This document shows, in pieces, positions 60,601 to 64,000 of a stretch of 64,000 nt of DNA. Position numbers and translations under genes: made by a program. This stretch comes from Setoptus koraiensis. Lineage: Eukaryota > Animalia > Arthropoda. The notes beneath the pieces were generated by a model. The model made no database searches. It saw only the letters and a program-made list of their open reading frames with translations, and was not told the DNA's origin. How positions within the stretch are numbered: the first letter of the stretch is position 1; the number at the start of each line of letters is the position of its first letter. Where the stretch lies: positions 14,446,001-14,510,000 of the forward strand of contig CM106586.1 of the NCBI GenBank assembly GCA_048013815.1, read 5' to 3'.

Positions 60601-62194
60601 TTTTAAAGAACACCACACGCTCAGTGCACATTTGATATTACTTTCATTATACTTATGCAACCAATCGGTTTGTTTTCGAAGCGCCCCTCAAATCCCCAGA
60701 GGGAGCGCACAGTGATAGCATTGTATTCATTCATGTTGCAAAGAGATTTTAAATAGAATGACATATTGTTTTACTTGCACGATACGAGCACACAAGATAA
60801 AAACTGGCTGCTCTTTTGTTCAGCAGAGCTTGACAAATTATCCCATGCGAGCATCTCTGAAAATCATGTCGCTCTCTCAGGTGGCCGACAAGGTTGCTCA
60901 CAACAAAGGTTGTCATACGATACTATGGAGTGGTATATGCTAGTGGCGTATGGTGTCGGCTTGAGTAAATTGTTGGCGCTCGTCTAGACAAATCAGACCG
61001 CAAAAAGAAGAGACGAAAAACAAGTGCAGTTGTCCTTGAGGGCAGATTTACTTCCAGTGAAAAAAAAAAGAAGGAAAGACGATCGTCTCGAGCTAATCTT
61101 ATCGGCTAAACCTGTCGTTTGTTGTAACAAGGTATCGGCTCCTGTAGCCGTCGGAGATTACGTGCTCCCGTCTGCGGCAATGATTTGCGGCAATAGTAAA
61201 AGGTTTCCAGCAACGAGTTGATTGGTTTCAAATTGTGCCTTGCTCGACCGAGCCACTCGTGGCCGACGGATATCAGCTCCAGATCTTGGTCAGACTCGTA
61301 ATGGCATGCACTCGAAAAAGCAGACAAAATTCACGATGACCGCTCGGCGATCATTTCGAAATAACAGAAAGCGACGGGGGAGCTAGTAAAATATCGTAAA
61401 ATGGGCACTAAAAATAGCAATAATCAACAAATAAATGAGACTAATGAATGGTCAGAGGTATTTGTGCCGACAATTAGGCACTGGTCAAGCTCAACAACAA
61501 AGCAGTGATTTTAACATGACTGGATAAATGTCGAACAGGCTCGGAAAAGGGCTCTAGCGGCGTTGTCGCGACTCGCCACCAACAGCAAACGAGTCGACTT
61601 TTATGGTCGAACAACGGTGAATAACGTCGGCGAGGAGCATCGTTAGACACGGAATAGATTGGCTGTTTGGCTGTCTGTGTGCAATTAATCTTGATTAGGC
61701 TGGCAGTTTATTGTTTTTACAGTATAGGAAAAGTGTGATAGTGCGAGAGTATCAGCACGAGCTCGCGCTGTCGTTTATTACCTGTGAAAAAAGTTGTGAG
61801 TAAAAAACGAAAATGTTTGTATATATGTGTTAAGCGTCATTTTGGCAGACAGCAAAAGCGACGACAGACGGCACAAGCTCGTGCTCGTGCCAGCCCCTCA
61901 AGCTCGGGCTCGTGCCAGCGCCCTCAAGCTCGAGCGAGAGGGACTTGCCAGTGGCAGCTACAGCGGCAGAGGGCGAGCCTCGTAAGCCCGACATCGAGCC
62001 ACCATTATGTGCTCTCATTTTGCGCCGGCAGAGTGGCAGATATTATGTGTGTTATTATGTGAGTCAGTGGCTCACATAATCGAAACGGTGCCAAGATTGG
62101 CCCGCAACCAAACAGACCGGGTCTAGACAGACGGCGTCGAGAGGCGCCCAAATAAAGACACAGGCGAAGCAAATAAAAAGTGGCTTAAGTCTGG

Positions 62195-62285
62195 CAACAT
62201 CAACAGCAGCAGCAACAACGACAGCAACAACGACAGGGGCAACAACAACAACAACAACAACAGCAACAACAACAACAACAACAGC

Positions 62286-62373
<88 letters not shown>

Positions 62374-62393
62374 AGAGCAGCGGCAACAACAAC
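62195..62393 (+). repeat. Compound (AAC/AGC)n trinucleotide microsatellite, ~200 bp
   Basis: Long AAC run with AGC/GAC interruptions; no in-frame ATG found upstream in the frame checked. Confidence 0.95.
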
Positions 62394-63354
62394 TGCAGTG
62401 TGCAGCATCTAGTAATCATTAGTTAGAAGTCATTCGATCGAGCTGCCGCTAACACCTCGCAGCTGGTTGTTATGTAACTGTAAACAAACAGGAAAGGTTT
62501 CGAGCGAGCGAGCGGCCGGGCAGGGCAAGCAAAAGATAGGAGAAAAAGAAAGGGGAAAACAGATCGAACCAAAGATTCTTTTCGTTTTAACAGGCAGCTT
62601 TTGGCCCGCTAGACACAATTAAAACTGCAACAGCAACGCGCTGTCTCCATCGAGACCATCAGATATCTCGGATAAACGTCTCGAGAGGACGGGGGCCCCT
62701 TTTGAGTGTGCGTGTGTGCACCCAGGGGTCTAAGCTGGCTGCTTATTTGTGTGCATTGCATCACGGCCAAAAGCGGCACGAGAGACAGGCAGCAAGAGCT
62801 TGTGAAAATTCGAAGAATCGAAACGCCAAGCAGCGCCTTCCAGCCGCAGCAGCAGAGGTACAAACGGGGCGAAATTGTCACATGTACGAGATTATTGGTG
62901 GTCATCGAACGCACTCACATTTGAGACACTCGTTTATTTTTCATCATTTGCCACCCGTGCAACAACTCGACAAGTTGCGCGTGCAAATTGTGGCCCCAAC
63001 GACGGGGCCCCAATTCGCATTGGCGCGCCCAACAATTGGGGCCCAGCGGGCCTCACAATGGTAGCCTCGGCAATGGGGATAAAAGCAAGATAAAAGCAAT
63101 TTCGCACACTAGAGGTAAAGAGTGGAAGATTGCAGCCGAGGCAACTGCTAACACGCCAATATTGATTGTATGTGACAGGTAGTTAGACTCACAAATAGCA
63201 GTTTTCTCTTTCGCTGTGGCTACCATTTAACACTGACACACGCTGGCTGCTTGTGTCAGCTTAAGTCTCTTAAATAATAAAATCAAACATAAATAACGAC
63301 ACAGTGCGCCGCCGTTTCATTTGCACCGCCACCATTAAGGTCTGCCGGCACTCA

Positions 63355-63410
63355 GGCGGCCAGCGAAATCGGCGGCCAGCGAAATCGGCGGCCAGCGAAA
63401 TCAGCGGCCA
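63355..63410 (+). repeat. 16-bp tandem repeat x~3.5
   Basis: GGCGGCCAGCGAAATC repeated. Confidence 0.85.
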
Positions 63411-63951
63411 GAACGGAAATAAACAGACAGTGGCTGCGGTGTAAAAAGAAACAACTTTGCTCGACACACACACACACGCACACACAAATAATTCTAATGA
63501 GTTCCGTCGCAACTTTGAGAGTTCTCTCGAGCGAAGTTCTTTCTTTTATGGCGCTGCTGTAGCAGCCTCATGTGTGTGCGTTCCATTTGCTTGATTCGAT
63601 TTGCTTCGAAGGGGTTCGAACTTCGAACAGGTTCCAAATTAGAATTTGCTCGGCTCGGCTCGATTCGTTTCGTTTCACTCTGATTCGATCGTCGCGAATG
63701 GACGGTTATTTTTGAAAAGTTCAACGCACGGCTCGCCGGCTATCATTTGCGACCATTCGCCAACTAGCAACTTTGCCTTGGTCCAATGATATCCATATTA
63801 GGCCGGCTCCGACTGCCGGCGCAGCAGTGAACAAGCTCAGCCAAGGGACCCGGCTAGACACACTCAAGTGGCAGCGCCGAGACACAAAAGCGCATACAAA
63901 AGCGCCACAACCGAAATCGGCCAGCGTAGAGTGTTGTGTACACTCACACTG

Positions 63952-63994
63952 TTGGACGGCACACCATTGGACGGCATACCATTGGACGGCACAC
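63952..63994 (+). repeat. 15-bp tandem repeat x3
   Basis: TTGGACGGCA[C/T]ACCA repeated at the window end. Confidence 0.85.
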
Positions 63995-64000
63995 GGAGAA

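Noticed and set aside
62064-62419. Poly-Val/poly-Leu ORFs and a possible Q/N/T-rich + strand exon
   Set aside because: Fully explained by an (AAC)n microsatellite; no start or splice context supports coding.
63580-63700. tRNA-like B-box GGTTCGAAC
   Set aside because: No A-box, acceptor stem or cloverleaf; it is part of a TTCG-rich low-complexity stretch.
27104-64000. CRISPR-like arrays among the short repeats
   Set aside because: The repeats are directly tandem with no unique spacers, there are no cas genes, and the context is eukaryotic.

Overview
Eukaryotic (animal) genomic DNA with a compact, intron-poor gene set. An acariform mite, possibly eriophyoid-like, is my inference from the protein styles, ~90-170 bp introns and intronless housekeeping genes. 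The left ~24 kb is AT-rich and gene-dense. It holds a 5-exon alpha-carbonic anhydrase with a His-rich insert (+), an intronless fibrinogen-related/scabrous-like gene (-), intronless cullin-1 (+), a 5xCUB-LDLa-TM membrane protein (+), a 3-exon gustatory-receptor-like 7TM gene (+), intronless gamma-tubulin complex component 2 (-) and intronless V-ATPase subunit D (+). Three short GC-rich, structured islands sit in intergenic spacers (12.0, 18.1 and 21.5-21.9 kb) and look like unannotated small-RNA genes. The 21.5-21.9 kb island is a pair of inverted paralogous units. From ~25 kb on the DNA is GC/CpG-rich and dominated by one minus-strand reading frame open for ~15.7 kb (32790-48479). It encodes a >5,100-aa low-complexity protein with no recognisable folded domain and at least 15 RRx[S/T] motifs. 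Phase-compatible splice sites suggest it joins exons at 31770-31181 and 24273-23095 to give a ~5,740-aa protein. The last ~15.5 kb has no convincing gene and carries microsatellites and short tandem repeats. No rRNA, tRNA, CRISPR array or intact transposon was recognised.
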